Shown here piece by piece: positions 52,923 through 64,000 of a stretch of 64,000 bases of DNA. Within the stretch, counting starts at the first letter, position 1. Each line of letters opens with the position of its first letter. A model generated the notes under the pieces. The model had not been told where the DNA came from and did no database searches. It saw only the letters and a program-made list of their open reading frames with translations. Source of the stretch: Synechococcus sp. (GTDB lineage Bacteria; Cyanobacteriota; Cyanobacteriia; PCC-6307; Cyanobiaceae); the NCBI GenBank assembly GCA_047285535.1, contig JBJBDC010000001.1, forward strand, positions 2,720,136 to 2,784,135. Reading direction: 5' to 3'. Both the position numbers and the translations under genes were made by a program.

Positions 52923-53023
52923 CCCCTCAGGGAGCAGTATTCAAAAACCTCAAAGCGCAGACGAAAAGCTGCGAGTGGAGGTTGTGCTCCCAGGATCTGA
53001 GAGGTCATGGGAGCGTCGAGTGG

Positions 53024-53293
53024 TCAGGAATCTTTGGGCGTTTCATCGTTGTCGCCGGACTTTGAATCAGAAGTAGCACTGTCCAGACTTCCCATGCCGT
53101 ATTTGCGCATGAAACGATCCACACGCCCTTCGGTGTCAAGAATTTTTTGTGTACCCGTGAAGAATGGATGATTTCCGCTCCATACATCCACATTGATTTC
53201 AGGCTGAGTGGAGCCTGTGGTCATGACTACTTCTCCGTTGCAAATGACTTTTGCGTCCGGGTACCAAGTTGGGTGAATGTCTGGTTTAGGCAT
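53024..53293 (-). CDS. rpmE: 50S ribosomal protein L31
   Basis: MPKPDIHP and HPFFTGTQK...GRVDRF motifs. Confidence 0.97.
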   Translation of the reverse strand: MPKPDIHPTWYPDAKVICNGEVVMTTGSTQPEINVDVWSGNHPFFTGTQKILDTEGRVDRFMRKYGMGSLDSATSDSKSGDNDETPKDS

Positions 53294-53329
53294 GGCTGAT
53301 AGATAAAACAGGAGATGGCGTGGTAAAAA

Positions 53330-53737
53330 TCAGCGCTTGGAGAACTGAGGCGCTTTACGTGCTTTTTTGAGACCGTATTTGCGTCGTTCTTTGGCTCGTG
53401 GATCTCGGCTGAGATGACCTTCGGTTTTTAAGGGCTTGCGATTATCAACAGAAAGTTCGCAGAGCGCTCGAGCTGCGCCTTGTTTGATGGCATCGGCCTG
53501 ACCGGTCAGGCCGCCTCCTCGAACGTTGACGACAATGTTGTAGTCAGTACCTAGACCCAAGGTCTGAAGAGGTGCTTTGACAGAAGCCAGGTAAGCAGGG
53601 TTGTAATTCAGATAATTGTCGCCAGGACGACCGTTAATGGTGATCGTTCCATTGCCAGGGACTAAGCGAACCCGAGCAACAGAAGTCTTACGGCGACCTG
53701 TACCCCAATAAACGACAGTGTTGTTAGAACTACTCAT
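53330..53737 (-). CDS. rpsI: 30S ribosomal protein S9
   Basis: [12 protein letters not shown] and KAPQFSKR motifs. Confidence 0.99.
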   Translation of the reverse strand: MSSSNNTVVYWGTGRRKTSVARVRLVPGNGTITINGRPGDNYLNYNPAYLASVKAPLQTLGLGTDYNIVVNVRGGGLTGQADAIKQGAARALCELSVDNRKPLKTEGHLSRDPRAKERRKYGLKKARKAPQFSKR

Positions 53738-54186
53738 TGTGCGGAAGCGGCAGGGTCAAGCTGAAGTGTCTTGGGATGCTGGGCTGCATGGGGATGTTCG
53801 CTCCCCTTGTAAACCTTGAGTTTGCGGAACAATTGGCGTCCGAGTGCGTTGTGAGGAAGCATCCCCTTAATGGCTTTCTCCACAATGCGTTCTGGAAGGC
53901 GTTCCTGCAGATGCTCGAAGGTTTCAACCTTCATTCCACCAGGACGGCCTGAATGACGGCGATAAAGCTTTTGCTGTGGCTTTTTGCCTGAAACTCTGAT
54001 TTTGTCAGCGTTTACAACGATGACAAAGTCGCCAGTATCGAGATGCGGGGTGAAACTGGCTTTGTTTTTGCCTCGAAGCACAGAAGCAACTTCAGTCGCC
54101 AGACGACCAAGGGTTTGATCCTCGGCATCTACCAGATACCACTGGCGATCGATTGAATCAATTGAGGGAACGGAGGTCTTGTTCAT
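53734..54186 (-). CDS. rplM: 50S ribosomal protein L13
   Basis: WYLVDA...LGRLA and KGMLP motifs. Confidence 0.99.
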   Translation of the reverse strand: MNKTSVPSIDSIDRQWYLVDAEDQTLGRLATEVASVLRGKNKASFTPHLDTGDFVIVVNADKIRVSGKKPQQKLYRRHSGRPGGMKVETFEHLQERLPERIVEKAIKGMLPHNALGRQLFRKLKVYKGSEHPHAAQHPKTLQLDPAASAQ

Positions 54187-54358
54187 CGCGCCGGCATGCC
54201 GGTTCTTAGATACCCCGTCGCGAGCGACGGAGCTGGTCAGGGAGCGTTAGATCACCTCGGTGATCTAATCAAAACTCAAGGATCAAGCTTACCTTGTCAT
54301 CAGCCTTGGATTCTGATTCCAAAAACCGTTGCAGCAGGCTGCTTAGGCCTTGGGCTTT

Positions 54359-55243
54359 TTAGTTTTGCGGCCAAGGCTGTGGATCCGGTGGTGGATCACA
54401 CGTCGCTAGAGAAAACCGCGGCTGACAATCGTACCAGCCACCTTTGCTGAACAAAATCTCGGGGTACCCCGCTCTGAGTAGGCAGAGTCCGTGGGGTGGT
54501 GCAGCTTCTCTGACTTCGTTACGTCTGCATTCTCTCCAGCGTTGTTCAAATCTCTTTGGGGTTAGTCGATGTTCTCCTACGGCAATGAGTTGTCCCATGA
54601 GAAGCCTAACCATGCCGTACAAGAAGCCGCTGGCTTGGATCTCCATGGTGATTAGGTCGCCGTTGCGTTCAAGAGTGACGTCTTGAACGGTCGTTCTTGA
54701 GTGGGCCCGGCGACTACCTGCTTTTTGAAAAGCTGCGAAATCATGCTCTCCCATCAAAGGACATAGGGCTTGAACCATCGCCAGTTCATCCAGTTTTGTC
54801 TTGTAGCGATGCCAACTCCAGGGAGCCAGAAATAAATTGGGTCTGCGTCCGTTGTAGATCGTGTATCTGTATCGTCTATAACAAGCTGAATGGCAAGCAT
54901 GCCAGCTCAGTGGACGTTCAATGGCTTCTCTGACGCGGATGCTCGAAGGAAGTCGTCCGTTCAATGCAGGTGCCCATCGACTTGCTGGTATGGGACCGCT
55001 GCAATCAAAATGCACAACCTGACCTGACGCATGCACTCCGGAATCGGTTCGCCCAGCCGCAATGGTTTGAATGGGTCGGTGAGGATCCAGAGCAGCAATC
55101 GCTTTCTCAAGGACCGCCTGCACGCTCTGTCCACGCCCATGTTTCTGTCGCTGCCAGCCACAAAAAAAAGATCCCTCGTATTGCAAGCTGATCGCAACTC
55201 GGTGAAGTGTTGTGTTTTCACCCTCAGGAGAGAGATCGTTCAA
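54359..55243 (-). CDS. truA: tRNA pseudouridine(38-40) synthase
   Basis: [16 protein letters not shown] and FLYGMVR motifs. Confidence 0.97.
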   Translation of the reverse strand: MNDLSPEGENTTLHRVAISLQYEGSFFCGWQRQKHGRGQSVQAVLEKAIAALDPHRPIQTIAAGRTDSGVHASGQVVHFDCSGPIPASRWAPALNGRLPSSIRVREAIERPLSWHACHSACYRRYRYTIYNGRRPNLFLAPWSWHRYKTKLDELAMVQALCPLMGEHDFAAFQKAGSRRAHSRTTVQDVTLERNGDLITMEIQASGFLYGMVRLLMGQLIAVGEHRLTPKRFEQRWRECRRNEVREAAPPHGLCLLRAGYPEILFSKGGWYDCQPRFSLATCDPPPDPQPWPQN

Positions 55244-55281
55244 TACAGGGGATAAAGGCGATGCTTTGAGGGTTTGCTGAA

Positions 55282-55632
55282 TTAAACCAGCTCAATGATT
55301 GCCATTTCGGCATTGTCACCTCGACGAGGAACTGTTCGGGTGATGCGGGTATACCCACCGTTGCGATCGCCATAGCGCTTAGGAGCCTTGTCAAACAGCG
55401 CATGCACCAACTGTTTGTCGTAGACGTAACCAAGAACCCTGCGCCGGGAGGCGAGGCTGCCATTCTTCGCCAATGTAATCATCCGTTCAGCTTCATCACG
55501 AAGAGCTTTGGCCCTGGCCTTAGTTGTCGTCACACGTCCTTCGCGGATGAGCTGAGTGGTGAGTCCGCGAAGCATCGCCTTGCGTTGGTCCGCCGGGCGG
55601 CCCAGCTGGGGAACTCGACATTGATGGCGCAT
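55282..55632 (-). CDS. rplQ: 50S ribosomal protein L17
   Basis: MRH...LGR and GGYTRI motifs. Confidence 0.99.
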   Translation of the reverse strand: MRHQCRVPQLGRPADQRKAMLRGLTTQLIREGRVTTTKARAKALRDEAERMITLAKNGSLASRRRVLGYVYDKQLVHALFDKAPKRYGDRNGGYTRITRTVPRRGDNAEMAIIELV

Positions 55633-55670
55633 GGTTCTTAAAAGAAACTGGGGAGGTAAAGGCTGAAGGT

Positions 55671-56609
55671 TTAGACGCTGGTGCGACTTTGGGGAATCGA
55701 AATGCCGATGCGCTCAAGAGCTTCGATCACTTCATCAGCTGACTTGGAACCAAAGTTTTTGATCTCTAGGAGATCTTCGTAGCTGAATCCCATCAGATCA
55801 GAGACTGAATTGACTTGTGCACGCTTAAGACAGTTGTAAGCCCTGACTGAGAGATTAAGCTCCTCAAGTGGAATTTGAGCTTCGGCAGAAGGTTCTGGCT
55901 CCAACCCTGGTTCTTCCACCATGGTCACGGTGGCTAAGGGCTGGAAAAGCTCAATGAGTTGATTGGCTGCCTGAGCAATTGCATCATCTGGAGTCATGGA
56001 ACCGTCAGTAACCACTTCCATGCGAAGTCGCTCCCGTGCGGATCCACCCTCAGCAACAGCTGTTTCATCCGTAGTGAAATTCACGCGATGAACAGGCATG
56101 AAGACCGCATCGATTTGAAGCAGATCAATGGCACTGGTGTCTTCGTTGTGGCGATCAACAGGCCGGTAGCCAACTCCTCGTTCTACATGAACTTCTAGTT
56201 CAAGGCTATGGCCCTCGCTGACAGTCGCAATCGGACGATCACCGTCGACAATTTGGACTTGAGAGGAGAATTGAAGATCCTTCGCTTTGACCGTTGCAGG
56301 ACCAGAGACGATAAGACGACCAATTTCGAGCTCGTCTGTACGACTGTTGACAGTGAGCTGCTTACAGTTCAGGAGTATGTCAAGAACATCCTCGCGCACT
56401 CCTGGAATGGTGGCGTATTCGTGGTTGACTCCAGCAATGCGGACGGCAGTAACCGCAGTCCCTTCGAGGTTGCCCATGAGCATCCTTCGAAGGGAATTCC
56501 CAAGAGTCGTGGCTTGACCCCGCTCAAGTGGACCGATGAGAAAGACACCGGTTTGTGAGCGATCATCAGTGATCTGATGCTCGATACGGTCGATCTGGTA
56601 TTGCAACAC
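55671..56609 (-). CDS. rpoA: RNA polymerase alpha subunit
   Basis: [16 protein letters not shown] and [11 protein letters not shown] motifs; GTG at 56609 gives 312 aa. Confidence 0.98.
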   Translation of the reverse strand: MLQYQIDRIEHQITDDRSQTGVFLIGPLERGQATTLGNSLRRMLMGNLEGTAVTAVRIAGVNHEYATIPGVREDVLDILLNCKQLTVNSRTDELEIGRLIVSGPATVKAKDLQFSSQVQIVDGDRPIATVSEGHSLELEVHVERGVGYRPVDRHNEDTSAIDLLQIDAVFMPVHRVNFTTDETAVAEGGSARERLRMEVVTDGSMTPDDAIAQAANQLIELFQPLATVTMVEEPGLEPEPSAEAQIPLEELNLSVRAYNCLKRAQVNSVSDLMGFSYEDLLEIKNFGSKSADEVIEALERIGISIPQSRTSV

Positions 56610-56659
56610 GGGCTGAGGCAGAAAGAGTGATGTGGGCCTGGACGGATTGGCTGAGCGCT

Positions 56660-57052
56660 TCAGACACGCCGCCGCTTCGAACGGCGGCAACCGTTATGGG
56701 GCAAAGGAGTGACGTCGCGGATCAAGGTGATTTCAAGTCCTGCGACTTGAAGAGCGCGAATGGCAGTTTCCCGTCCTGATCCTGGACCTCGCACAAGGAC
56801 TTCAATTTGCCGCATGCCTTGCTCCAGCGCTCGTCGTGCAGCAGCTTCAGCAGCGGTCTGAGCTGCAAAGGGCGTGCCTTTGCGAGCTCCTTTGAATCCA
56901 CTTGCACCAGCGGATGACCAGGAAATGACTTCTCCGGTCGTGTCTGTGATGGACACGATCGTGTTGTTGAACGTGCTCTGAATATGAGCAACTCCATTGG
57001 GGACGTTGCGCTTGGTCTTTTTGGCGCCTGATTTTTTTGCTGGCTTGGCCAT
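56660..57052 (-). CDS. rpsK: 30S ribosomal protein S11
   Basis: [10 protein letters not shown] and [11 protein letters not shown] motifs. Confidence 0.99.
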   Translation of the reverse strand: MAKPAKKSGAKKTKRNVPNGVAHIQSTFNNTIVSITDTTGEVISWSSAGASGFKGARKGTPFAAQTAAEAAARRALEQGMRQIEVLVRGPGSGRETAIRALQVAGLEITLIRDVTPLPHNGCRRSKRRRV

Positions 57053-57123
57053 GGGCTAGAGCCTGAGGGGGGAGAGGGCTGTTGAGGTAATGAATCGCAA
57101 GACCGATAGGAAATCGGCTGTAC

Positions 57124-57489
57124 TTATTTCTTCTTGCCTGCCACGGTCTTCCGGGCACCTCGGCGGGTACGTGCATTTGTTCGAGTGCGTTGACCCCGCA
57201 CAGGAAGACTCATCCGATGACGACGACCACGCAGGCATCCAATGTCTTGCAATCGCTTTAGGGCCATGCCCTCTTGACGACGCAGGTCTCCCTCAATCGT
57301 GAAGGATTCAGTGGCGTTGCGCAATTTCTGCACATCGTTGTCTTCCAAATCTTTGACTCGGGTGTCTGGGTTGACTCCGGATTTGATGAGGATAGTTTTG
57401 GCTCGTGTTGAGCCGATTCCGTAGATGTAGGTAAGGGCGACTTCGATCCGCTTGTCGCGGGGAATGTCAACACCAGCAATCCTTGCCAC
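57124..57489 (-). CDS. rpsM: 30S ribosomal protein S13
   Basis: ARIAGVDIP and [13 protein letters not shown] motifs. Confidence 0.99.
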   Translation of the reverse strand: MARIAGVDIPRDKRIEVALTYIYGIGSTRAKTILIKSGVNPDTRVKDLEDNDVQKLRNATESFTIEGDLRRQEGMALKRLQDIGCLRGRRHRMSLPVRGQRTRTNARTRRGARKTVAGKKK

Positions 57490-57564
57490 TGAACAGTTAA
57501 TCGAAGGTTATTTTAGAGATGCGCCTAATGGCGACGAGTGATGCAATCAAGGAAAAGTAGGGAA

Positions 57565-57681
57565 TTAACCCTGTCGTTGCTTGTTTCTTGGCTTCTTCTT
57601 GTTAATTACGTATATTCGACCTCGTCGTTTCACGATCTGATCGTCAGGACTAATTTTTTTTACAGATGATCTCACCTTCAT
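57565..57681 (-). CDS. rpmJ: 50S ribosomal protein L36, cysteine-free form (not in the ORF track)
   Basis: Hand translation [38 protein letters not shown] (38 aa); canonical position between adk and rpsM. Confidence 0.95.
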   Translation of the reverse strand: MKVRSSVKKISPDDQIVKRRGRIYVINKKKPRNKQRQG

Positions 57682-57727
57682 GAGGTGCCTCGCTCCAAGT
57701 TGCCAAGGGTAGAACTTACCATACCGA

Positions 57728-58279
57728 TCAACTCAGAACTTCCTGGATTCGAGCTGCGACGGTTTCAATACTTCCCTGAGCCTTGACTGGTAAAAGCAGA
57801 TCAAGGTTCTTGTAGTGCTGAATCAAAGGTGCGGTTTGCTTTCGATAAACGTCAAGTCGGTTAAGGATGACTGACTTGTTGTCGTCATCGCGGCCACGCA
57901 TGAGCATCCGTTCCATCAAGACACCATCATCCAGTTCCAGTAATAGGACTGCTTGGATGGGTTGATTGAGCTCCGTGAGAAGTGGGTCTAGCGCTTCAGC
58001 TTGAGCCACATTGCGTGGGAATCCATCTAAAAGCCATCCCTGGTTGGTAAGGGAGTTGAGCTGAGCTTTGACGATGGCAAGCACAAGGGAATCGCTCACT
58101 AATTCTCCGCGGTTCATCACCGCTTCTGCTTCTTTCCCGAGCTCTGAAGCCGCTGCCACTTCTGAACGAAGTAAATCTCCGGTTGAGAGATGGCGTAAGC
58201 CGTGACTTTCACATAAAAGTGATGCCTGAGTTCCTTTCCCTGCTCCGGGAGGACCTAGAAAAAGCAGTCGTTGTTTCAT
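57728..58279 (-). CDS. adk: adenylate kinase (short form)
   Basis: [16 protein letters not shown] and LLDGFPR motifs. Confidence 0.98.
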   Translation of the reverse strand: MKQRLLFLGPPGAGKGTQASLLCESHGLRHLSTGDLLRSEVAAASELGKEAEAVMNRGELVSDSLVLAIVKAQLNSLTNQGWLLDGFPRNVAQAEALDPLLTELNQPIQAVLLLELDDGVLMERMLMRGRDDDNKSVILNRLDVYRKQTAPLIQHYKNLDLLLPVKAQGSIETVAARIQEVLS

Positions 58280-58308
58280 TGGGGATGGCGTTGACTGGTT
58301 GATGTGAC

Positions 58309-59628
58309 TTATTGGCGCACAAGACCTTCGTAGCGCTGAGAGATCACGTAGGTCTGCACTTGCTTGGCCGTATCGATCGCGACCCCTACCAGGATGAGCA
58401 GAGAGGTGGCTCCAAGTCCCTGAAAGGTAGTAACACCGGTGGCTCTCTCCACAGCTGAGGGGATGATGGCAACGGCCCCAAGGAAAAGTCCACCGAGCAA
58501 AGTCAGTCTGTTTTTAACGCCCTCCAGGTAGGCGGCTGTGGCACTGCCAGGCCTTACTCCTGGAATCGCCACTCCGCCTCGTTTGAGGTTGGTGGCCATG
58601 TCATTTGGGTTTAGTGAGAGGGAGGAATAAAAATAGGCGAAACCCAAAATCAGTGAGAAAAAGACAATTGCATAAGGCCAGGGATTGGCTGCACTTGGAT
58701 TTAGTGCACTAGCTGCTCGAATTAAGAGTGGATTGTTAGTGACGTTCGCAATCGTGATCGGCAGAAAGATCGCGGCTGAGGCAAAAATAATTGGCATCAC
58801 TCCACCTGCATTGAGTTTTAAAGGGAGATAACTCTGTCGAGTTGGTAAGAGGGCCGTGCCTCCAACCTGGCGCTTTGCGCTAACGATAGGAAGGCGCCTT
58901 GCACCCTCCTGGACAAAGATGATTCCCACAATCGTGATCAGGAACACCAGGACCAGCACAATGATTCCTACAACGTCCCCACGGTCTCCTGTCTGGGCCT
59001 TCTCAATGGTTGAACCCAAAGCCTTGGGGAGTGTGGCAACGATATTCAGAAAGATCACAAGAGATGCTCCCTGACCAATACCTCTCTCTGTGATGACCTC
59101 ACTGAGCCACATCACAATGATGGAGCCAGTGACCAAGGCAAGAGCGGTTTGGATCACAAAAACGACTTCGCTTAAGCCTGCAACGGCGTATTGGCGAAGA
59201 ATCATGGCAAAGATCACGCTCTGGACCAGTCCCCAGCCCAAGGCCACATAGCGGGTTATTTGGGAAATTTTTCGACGTCCTGCTTCTCCTTCGTTTTTCT
59301 GTAAGTCTTCGAGTTGGGGGAGCGAGGCTGTCAGAAGTTGGATAATGATTGAGGCATTGATGAAAGGCAAGATGCCTAGAGCAAAAATGCCAAGAGTGGA
59401 GATTCCTCCTCCGGTGAAAATATCTAAGAAACCAATGATTGTTCCGCCTTGCTCAATAAATTGCTCAAATGCGACTCGATCAATTCCAGGCATAGGAATG
59501 TAGATCCCAAGCCGCACAAGCATCAGTAATCCGAGTGTTGTCAGCACCCGGCCGCGAAGCTCAGGGTTCTGCACCAACTGGGTAATTACTTCAGTGGCGC
59601 TAGGATTGCGACCCCGACTTAGAAGCAT
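58309..59628 (-). CDS. secY: preprotein translocase SecY
   Basis: ALGILPFINASII, GVMPIIFA and IPGVRPG motifs. Confidence 0.99.
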   Translation of the reverse strand: MLLSRGRNPSATEVITQLVQNPELRGRVLTTLGLLMLVRLGIYIPMPGIDRVAFEQFIEQGGTIIGFLDIFTGGGISTLGIFALGILPFINASIIIQLLTASLPQLEDLQKNEGEAGRRKISQITRYVALGWGLVQSVIFAMILRQYAVAGLSEVVFVIQTALALVTGSIIVMWLSEVITERGIGQGASLVIFLNIVATLPKALGSTIEKAQTGDRGDVVGIIVLVLVFLITIVGIIFVQEGARRLPIVSAKRQVGGTALLPTRQSYLPLKLNAGGVMPIIFASAAIFLPITIANVTNNPLLIRAASALNPSAANPWPYAIVFFSLILGFAYFYSSLSLNPNDMATNLKRGGVAIPGVRPGSATAAYLEGVKNRLTLLGGLFLGAVAIIPSAVERATGVTTFQGLGATSLLILVGVAIDTAKQVQTYVISQRYEGLVRQ

Positions 59629-59732
59629 GGAAAAGGAGGAAAAGAAGGGCTGCAGCAAAGCCGCCCCATGACCAGAGTTCAGGAGGACGGCTTAGAGGTT
59701 AGATCCACAAGGCGCAGATCTCATAAGTGAGT

Positions 59733-60185
59733 TCAGTCGAGAACCTCACAAGTCCCACCTGCCGCTTCGATTTTGGCGCGGGCCGAAGCTGTAAAGGCAG
59801 CGGCCTGAACGGTGAGCTTTGCTTTGAGTTCACCGTTTCCAAGAATCTTGAGAGGACTCTTTGGGCTGGTGACAATGCCATCTTTGACTAATGAGTCAAG
59901 ATTGACTGTGCTGCCAGCCTTGATCTCATTCAGTGCACTCACATTGAGGACAGTGAATGACTTGGGATTAATCAGAGGGAAGTGCTTGAGCTTCGGGACT
60001 CGGCGGTAAAGTGGCATTTGGCCGCCTTCAAATCCGGGACGTGTTGGGCGACCTGAACGAGACTTCTGTCCGCGCATCCCAAAGCCGCAACTGGCGCCCT
60101 GACCAGCTGCAATACCCCTACCTTTACGCAATTTGCGTCGACGGGCGCCTTTATTTGGTTTGAGAGAGTCGAGTCTGAGAGTCAT
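59733..60185 (-). CDS. rplO: 50S ribosomal protein L15
   Basis: [15 protein letters not shown] motif. Confidence 0.99.
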   Translation of the reverse strand: MTLRLDSLKPNKGARRRKLRKGRGIAAGQGASCGFGMRGQKSRSGRPTRPGFEGGQMPLYRRVPKLKHFPLINPKSFTVLNVSALNEIKAGSTVNLDSLVKDGIVTSPKSPLKILGNGELKAKLTVQAAAFTASARAKIEAAGGTCEVLD

Positions 60186-60194
60186 GAGGGGAAA

Positions 60195-60836
60195 TCAAGA
60201 ATAGATCTGCTCGAGGGAGATCCCCCGTTCCTTTGCTGTCGCCTTGTGGGTGCGGAGAAGTTGTAGGGCCACCATGGCAGCCCGTGCGTTATTCAAAGGT
60301 GTTTTACTTCCGAGGCGTTTGGCCAACACGTTCTTGATACCAGCGAGTTCGAGAACGGTACGGATTGAACCGCCAGCAATCACACCAGTACCAGGTGCGG
60401 CTGGGCGGATGAGCACGCTTGCTGCTCCTTCACGACCATTCGACAGGGTTGGGATCGAGTTGTGACGCGTCAGCGGGACTTTCACTAAATGCTTTTTGCC
60501 GTCAGCTACACCCTTGCGTACGGCACCAATGACATCACCGGCTTTGCCGACGCCAACGCCGACCTGACCACGTTCATTGCCGACGACAACGATGGCACGA
60601 AAGCTCATCTTTTTGCCGCCTTTAACGGTTTTGGAAACCCTTCTGATTTGCACGACACGCTCTTGCCATTCGGAATCGCGTTCTTGACCACGGCGGCGGT
60701 CACGGCCGCCTCGCCGGTCACCGCGACCGCCGCCGCCTCGGCGCTGTTCTTGTTGTTGGCCCTCTGCAGCTGCTGGAACGTCAGCAGCCGATGGCACGTC
60801 GTTGGAGGTTCTCTGGTTGTTGGGGTCGGTTGTCAT
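60195..60836 (-). CDS. rpsE: 30S ribosomal protein S5
   Basis: RVSKTVKGG and PGTGVIAGG motifs; ATG at 60836. Confidence 0.98.
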   Translation of the reverse strand: MTTDPNNQRTSNDVPSAADVPAAAEGQQQEQRRGGGGRGDRRGGRDRRRGQERDSEWQERVVQIRRVSKTVKGGKKMSFRAIVVVGNERGQVGVGVGKAGDVIGAVRKGVADGKKHLVKVPLTRHNSIPTLSNGREGAASVLIRPAAPGTGVIAGGSIRTVLELAGIKNVLAKRLGSKTPLNNARAAMVALQLLRTHKATAKERGISLEQIYS

Positions 60837-60849
60837 AGTGAGAGCAGGA

Positions 60850-61218
60850 TCAGAATTGAAGGCCCGCTTCCCGGGCGGCATCGGCAAGGGCTTTCACTCT
60901 GCCGTGGTACATGTTGCCGCCTCGGTCGAAGACAACTTGTTGAATGCCTTTGGCAATAGCACGTTTGCCAACTAAATCGCCAACGGCAATTGAGGCATCA
61001 CAGCTACTTCCATCAGCTTTGAGGCTGGTACGCAAATCTTTGTCAAGCGTAGAGGCTGAACACAGAGTGTTCTGAGCCTCGTCGTCGATCAATTGAGCGT
61101 AAATGTGACTGTTGGAACGAAATACGGCCAATCTTGGACGATCAGCCGTGCCGCTGAGATGGTGACGCAGACGCCTGTGGCGTTTTTGCGTTTGTTGTTT
61201 ACGAGAGAGATTAGACAT
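60850..61218 (-). CDS. rplR: 50S ribosomal protein L18
   Basis: RPRLAVFRS and FDRGG..YHGRV motifs. Confidence 0.99.
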   Translation of the reverse strand: MSNLSRKQQTQKRHRRLRHHLSGTADRPRLAVFRSNSHIYAQLIDDEAQNTLCSASTLDKDLRTSLKADGSSCDASIAVGDLVGKRAIAKGIQQVVFDRGGNMYHGRVKALADAAREAGLQF

Positions 61219-61254
61219 CTGTATTGGGAAAGTTAGGGATATCCATAGAGGGGA

Positions 61255-61794
61255 CTATTTCTTGCCTGACTTACCAGCCTTGCGAAGAATCCACTCGCCT
61301 TCGTACCTGATCCCTTTGCCCTTGTAGGGCTCAGGCGGCCGGATTGATCGGATCTTGGCAGCTTCGTTACCAACAATTGCCTTGTCAATCCCGGAAACAA
61401 TCACTTTTGTGTTGCTTTCAACCGAGAAGGTGATCCCCTCCGGTGGGGTCATTTCGATTGGATGACTGTAGCCGGCATTAATGACAAGTGTCTTGCCCTT
61501 CACTTGCGCGCGAGAACCCACGCCGATGATTTCAAGACTTTTGCTGTAACCAGTGCTAACTCCCTCGATCATGTTGGCGACAAGGGCCCGACAGAGACCG
61601 TGGCGTTCGCGGGAGGTGCGTTTGGTGCTGGTTGGAGCAATCACGATGGAGTTATCCACCTGGTGAACGGTCACTCCGATGGGCAGGGTGCGTTTGAGCT
61701 CCCCCTTGGGTCCCTTCACAGTGACAGCGAGGCCGTCAAGTTGGACATTCACCTTGTCGGGAATGGGGATTGGCGTTTTACCGATACGTGACAT
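61255..61794 (-). CDS. rplF: 50S ribosomal protein L6
   Basis: MSRIGK and PEPYKGKG motifs. Confidence 0.99.
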   Translation of the reverse strand: MSRIGKTPIPIPDKVNVQLDGLAVTVKGPKGELKRTLPIGVTVHQVDNSIVIAPTSTKRTSRERHGLCRALVANMIEGVSTGYSKSLEIIGVGSRAQVKGKTLVINAGYSHPIEMTPPEGITFSVESNTKVIVSGIDKAIVGNEAAKIRSIRPPEPYKGKGIRYEGEWILRKAGKSGKK

Positions 61795-61810
61795 GGTTCA
61801 GGTTCCGGAT

Positions 61811-62212
61811 TTAATAGACGTAGCAGAGCACTTCGCCGCCCACGCCTTGCTTGCGGGCGTCCCGGTCGCTCATCACACCTTTAGAGGTGGAGATGATGGC
61901 CACCCCTAGTCCTCCCAGGACCTTGGGCAAGCCGCGCGTGTTTTTGTAAATGCGAAGGCCTGGCTTGCTGACGCGTTGCATCGCGCGAATGGTGGGTTGG
62001 CGATGTTTGCCGCTGTATTTCAGTTCCAACACCAATTCGGTGCGGACACCCTCGCCTTGTTCGCTGATGTCAGCGATAAAGCCTTCCTGTTGCAGCACTT
62101 TGGCAATGCTGCGGGACATGCGGGACGCTGGAACTTTGGTGGACTGGTGACGTTTCTCACTCGCATTGCGAATGCGGGTGAGCATGTCGGAAATTGGGTC
62201 GTGATTAGCCAT
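61811..62212 (-). CDS. rpsH: 30S ribosomal protein S8
   Basis: [12 protein letters not shown] and SKPGLRIY motifs. Confidence 0.99.
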   Translation of the reverse strand: MANHDPISDMLTRIRNASEKRHQSTKVPASRMSRSIAKVLQQEGFIADISEQGEGVRTELVLELKYSGKHRQPTIRAMQRVSKPGLRIYKNTRGLPKVLGGLGVAIISTSKGVMSDRDARKQGVGGEVLCYVY

Positions 62213-62230
62213 AGTGGTTTCCGAGGGGGC

Positions 62231-62770
62231 TCAGTTGCTGCGGAATGGCATTCCCATCTCGCGGAGGAGGGCCCGGCCCTCTTCATCCGTGCGGGCAGAA
62301 GTCACAATTGTGATATCCATGCCTCTGATGGCGTCGATCTTGTCGAATGAGATCTCAGGGAAAATGATTTGCTCTCTAACTCCCAAGGTGTAATTGCCCC
62401 TACCGTCAAAGCTTTTCGGACTCACGCCGCGAAAATCCCGAATGCGGGGCAGCGCCAGGTTGATGAGGCGTTCCAGAAACGCGTACATGCGTTCACCACG
62501 AAGGGTGACAGCACATCCAATCGGCATCCCCTGACGGATTTTGAAGGCTGCAATGGCTTTCTTTGCTCTGGTGATAACAACTTTTTGGCCGGTGATTTGG
62601 GCTAATTCGTTCACCGAAGCCTCTAGAGACTTTGCATTGGTGGCTGCTTCACCGAGTCCGCGATTAACGGTGACTTTCACCACCTTGGGAACTTCATGAA
62701 TGTTGGAGAGACTCAAATCTTTCAGCAATTTTGGCTGAATAGTCTCCCGATAGCGCTGTTTTAGTGACAT
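62231..62770 (-). CDS. rplE: 50S ribosomal protein L5
   Basis: LPRIRDFRG and FDGRGNY motifs. Confidence 0.99.
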   Translation of the reverse strand: MSLKQRYRETIQPKLLKDLSLSNIHEVPKVVKVTVNRGLGEAATNAKSLEASVNELAQITGQKVVITRAKKAIAAFKIRQGMPIGCAVTLRGERMYAFLERLINLALPRIRDFRGVSPKSFDGRGNYTLGVREQIIFPEISFDKIDAIRGMDITIVTSARTDEEGRALLREMGMPFRSN

Positions 62771-62819
62771 GGCTGGGGGAAAGGACTTCTGGGCTTGGTC
62801 AGAAGAGCAAATGACCTGA

Positions 62820-63176
62820 TCAGTCGATCAATTCGCCTGTTTTCTTGAGGCGGCGCTTTTTGCTACCGTCTTGTTCTGTAATCAGTTCAATTCGACTGGC
62901 CACCTTTTTATCAGTGGAATAAAACATCACGTTGGAAGCATGCAGTGATGCTTCTTCAGTGACAATTCGTCCAGTTTCGCCTTCTTGTGTTGGTTTGACA
63001 TGACGGGTTCGCAGGTTGATTCCCTTCACGATCACGCGGTTGAGGTTGGGTAGCGTGCGTAGGACTTCGCCTGTTTTGCCTTTGTCTTTGCCAGTAATCA
63101 CCTGAACGGTGTCACCTTTACGAAGGCGCATCTTGATGCGCTCAGCTGTAGTTGTTTTGGGTGTTGCAGGAGCCAT
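62820..63176 (-). CDS. rplX: 50S ribosomal protein L24
   Basis: KOW motif [17 protein letters not shown]. Confidence 0.99.
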   Translation of the reverse strand: MAPATPKTTTAERIKMRLRKGDTVQVITGKDKGKTGEVLRTLPNLNRVIVKGINLRTRHVKPTQEGETGRIVTEEASLHASNVMFYSTDKKVASRIELITEQDGSKKRRLKKTGELID

Positions 63177-63177
63177 T

Positions 63178-63543
63178 TCAGATCACCTCCGGAGCGAGGG
63201 AGACGATTTTGGTGAAGCTGCGTTCACGCAATTCACGAGCGACAGGTCCGAAAACGCGAGTGCCCGTGGGATTTTTATCATCGTTGATGATCACGGCTGC
63301 ATTGTCATCGAAACGAATTGAATTTCCCGTATCGCGACGCATGGTGGCTTTGGTGCGAACGACGACGGCCTTCACAATGTCCGACTTTTTGACACCCATG
63401 TTTGGCATCGCATCTTTGACGGTGGCCACGATGACGTCACCGACGTGGGCGTAGCGTCGATTGGTGCCAAGGACACGAATGCATTGGATTCGTTTGGCGC
63501 CGCTGTTGTCAGCAACGGTGAGGAAGGTTTCCTGCTGAATCAT
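63178..63543 (-). CDS. rplN: 50S ribosomal protein L14
   Basis: VADNSGA and [12 protein letters not shown] motifs. Confidence 0.99.
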   Translation of the reverse strand: MIQQETFLTVADNSGAKRIQCIRVLGTNRRYAHVGDVIVATVKDAMPNMGVKKSDIVKAVVVRTKATMRRDTGNSIRFDDNAAVIINDDKNPTGTRVFGPVARELRERSFTKIVSLAPEVI

Positions 63544-63806
63544 GGGGCAACCTCCTCAGCCTTAGGGCTATGACTGAGGACTTCAGTGATCGCCCAACGC
63601 TTATGACGACTTAGAGGACGGGTCTCAGTAATCCGAACTCTGTCACCGACACGGCAACCGTTGTCTTCGTCGTGGGCTTTGTAACGGGTGGTGCGGCTGA
63701 CCGTCTTTTGATAGATGGGGTGGGGGAAGCGGTTCTCCACCGCTACCACCACCGTTTTGTCCATCTTGTCGCTGACGACGGTGCCAACCCTTTCTTTGAG
63801 TGCCAT
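63540..63806 (-). CDS. rpsQ: 30S ribosomal protein S17
   Basis: VVSDKMDKT and ETRPLS motifs. Confidence 0.99.
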   Translation of the reverse strand: MALKERVGTVVSDKMDKTVVVAVENRFPHPIYQKTVSRTTRYKAHDEDNGCRVGDRVRITETRPLSRHKRWAITEVLSHSPKAEEVAP

Positions 63807-63825
63807 GGAAGGTTCTCCTTAAGGA

Positions 63826-64000
63826 TTAGGAAGCAGCGGAGCGTTTCCGCTCCGATTGCACCGTCAGTAACTGAGCCAGTTTGAGACGGCTCTCCTTGAA
63901 ACGGTGCGTGTTGCCAAGCTGGCGGGTGGCCTGCTGAAATCTGAGATCGAACAACTCGCGGCGAAGGCCATCGATTTGTTCGCTGAGATCAGCGTCCGAT
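63826..64000 (-). CDS. rpmC: 50S ribosomal protein L29 (5' end outside the window)
   Basis: Hand translation ...[40 protein letters not shown]...; upstream of rpsQ. Confidence 0.95.
   Translation of the reverse strand, partial: SDADLSEQIDGLRRELFDLRFQQATRQLGNTHRFKESRLKLAQLLTVQSERKRSAAS

Noticed and set aside
53024..53293. L31 lacking a full zinc ribbon
   Set aside because: To my knowledge this is the usual cyanobacterial form
56660..62770. rpsD, infA, rpmD and rpsN absent from the spc/alpha cluster
   Set aside because: Expected for marine picocyanobacteria, where these genes are elsewhere or absent
1..64000. CRISPR arrays, IS elements, integrases or prophage genes
   Set aside because: No repeat-spacer array, transposase, integrase or phage gene was recognised

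Overview
This is a 64 kb window of a marine Synechococcus-type cyanobacterial chromosome and is mostly core genes. It contains psbA (D1 with Glu130), a PSII-associated radical SAM gene, clpS, dapL, rne-rnhB, pheA, the str operon (rpsL-rpsG-fusA-tuf-rpsJ), Fd-GOGAT, lipA, tRNA-Pro(CGG), a cbiG/cobJ fusion, psaAB, psaI-psaL, alr, prfA and the distal S10/spc/alpha ribosomal cluster (partial rpmC to rpmE). The main accessory region is an AT-rich island of about 6.4 kb (~43500-49948) next to the 3' end of tRNA-Ser(GCT). It carries unk10, fciA, fciB, fciC and an MpeZ-type bilin lyase-isomerase, which is the published type IV chromatic acclimation (CA4-A) system, not a new one. Features worth a second look: unk10 lies upstream of and divergent from fciA; FciA has a degenerate-looking second HTH; a perfect 11-7-11 inverted repeat sits at the island edge; a palindrome overlapping an NtcA-like box precedes fciC; a cysteine-free, low-GC rpmJ (L36) missing from the ORF track occupies the native operon position; PsaA and PsaB share unusual His substitutions; and a fatty acid desaturase after psaB is truncated. 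All assignments come from reading the sequence and recalling family motifs; no database searches were run.
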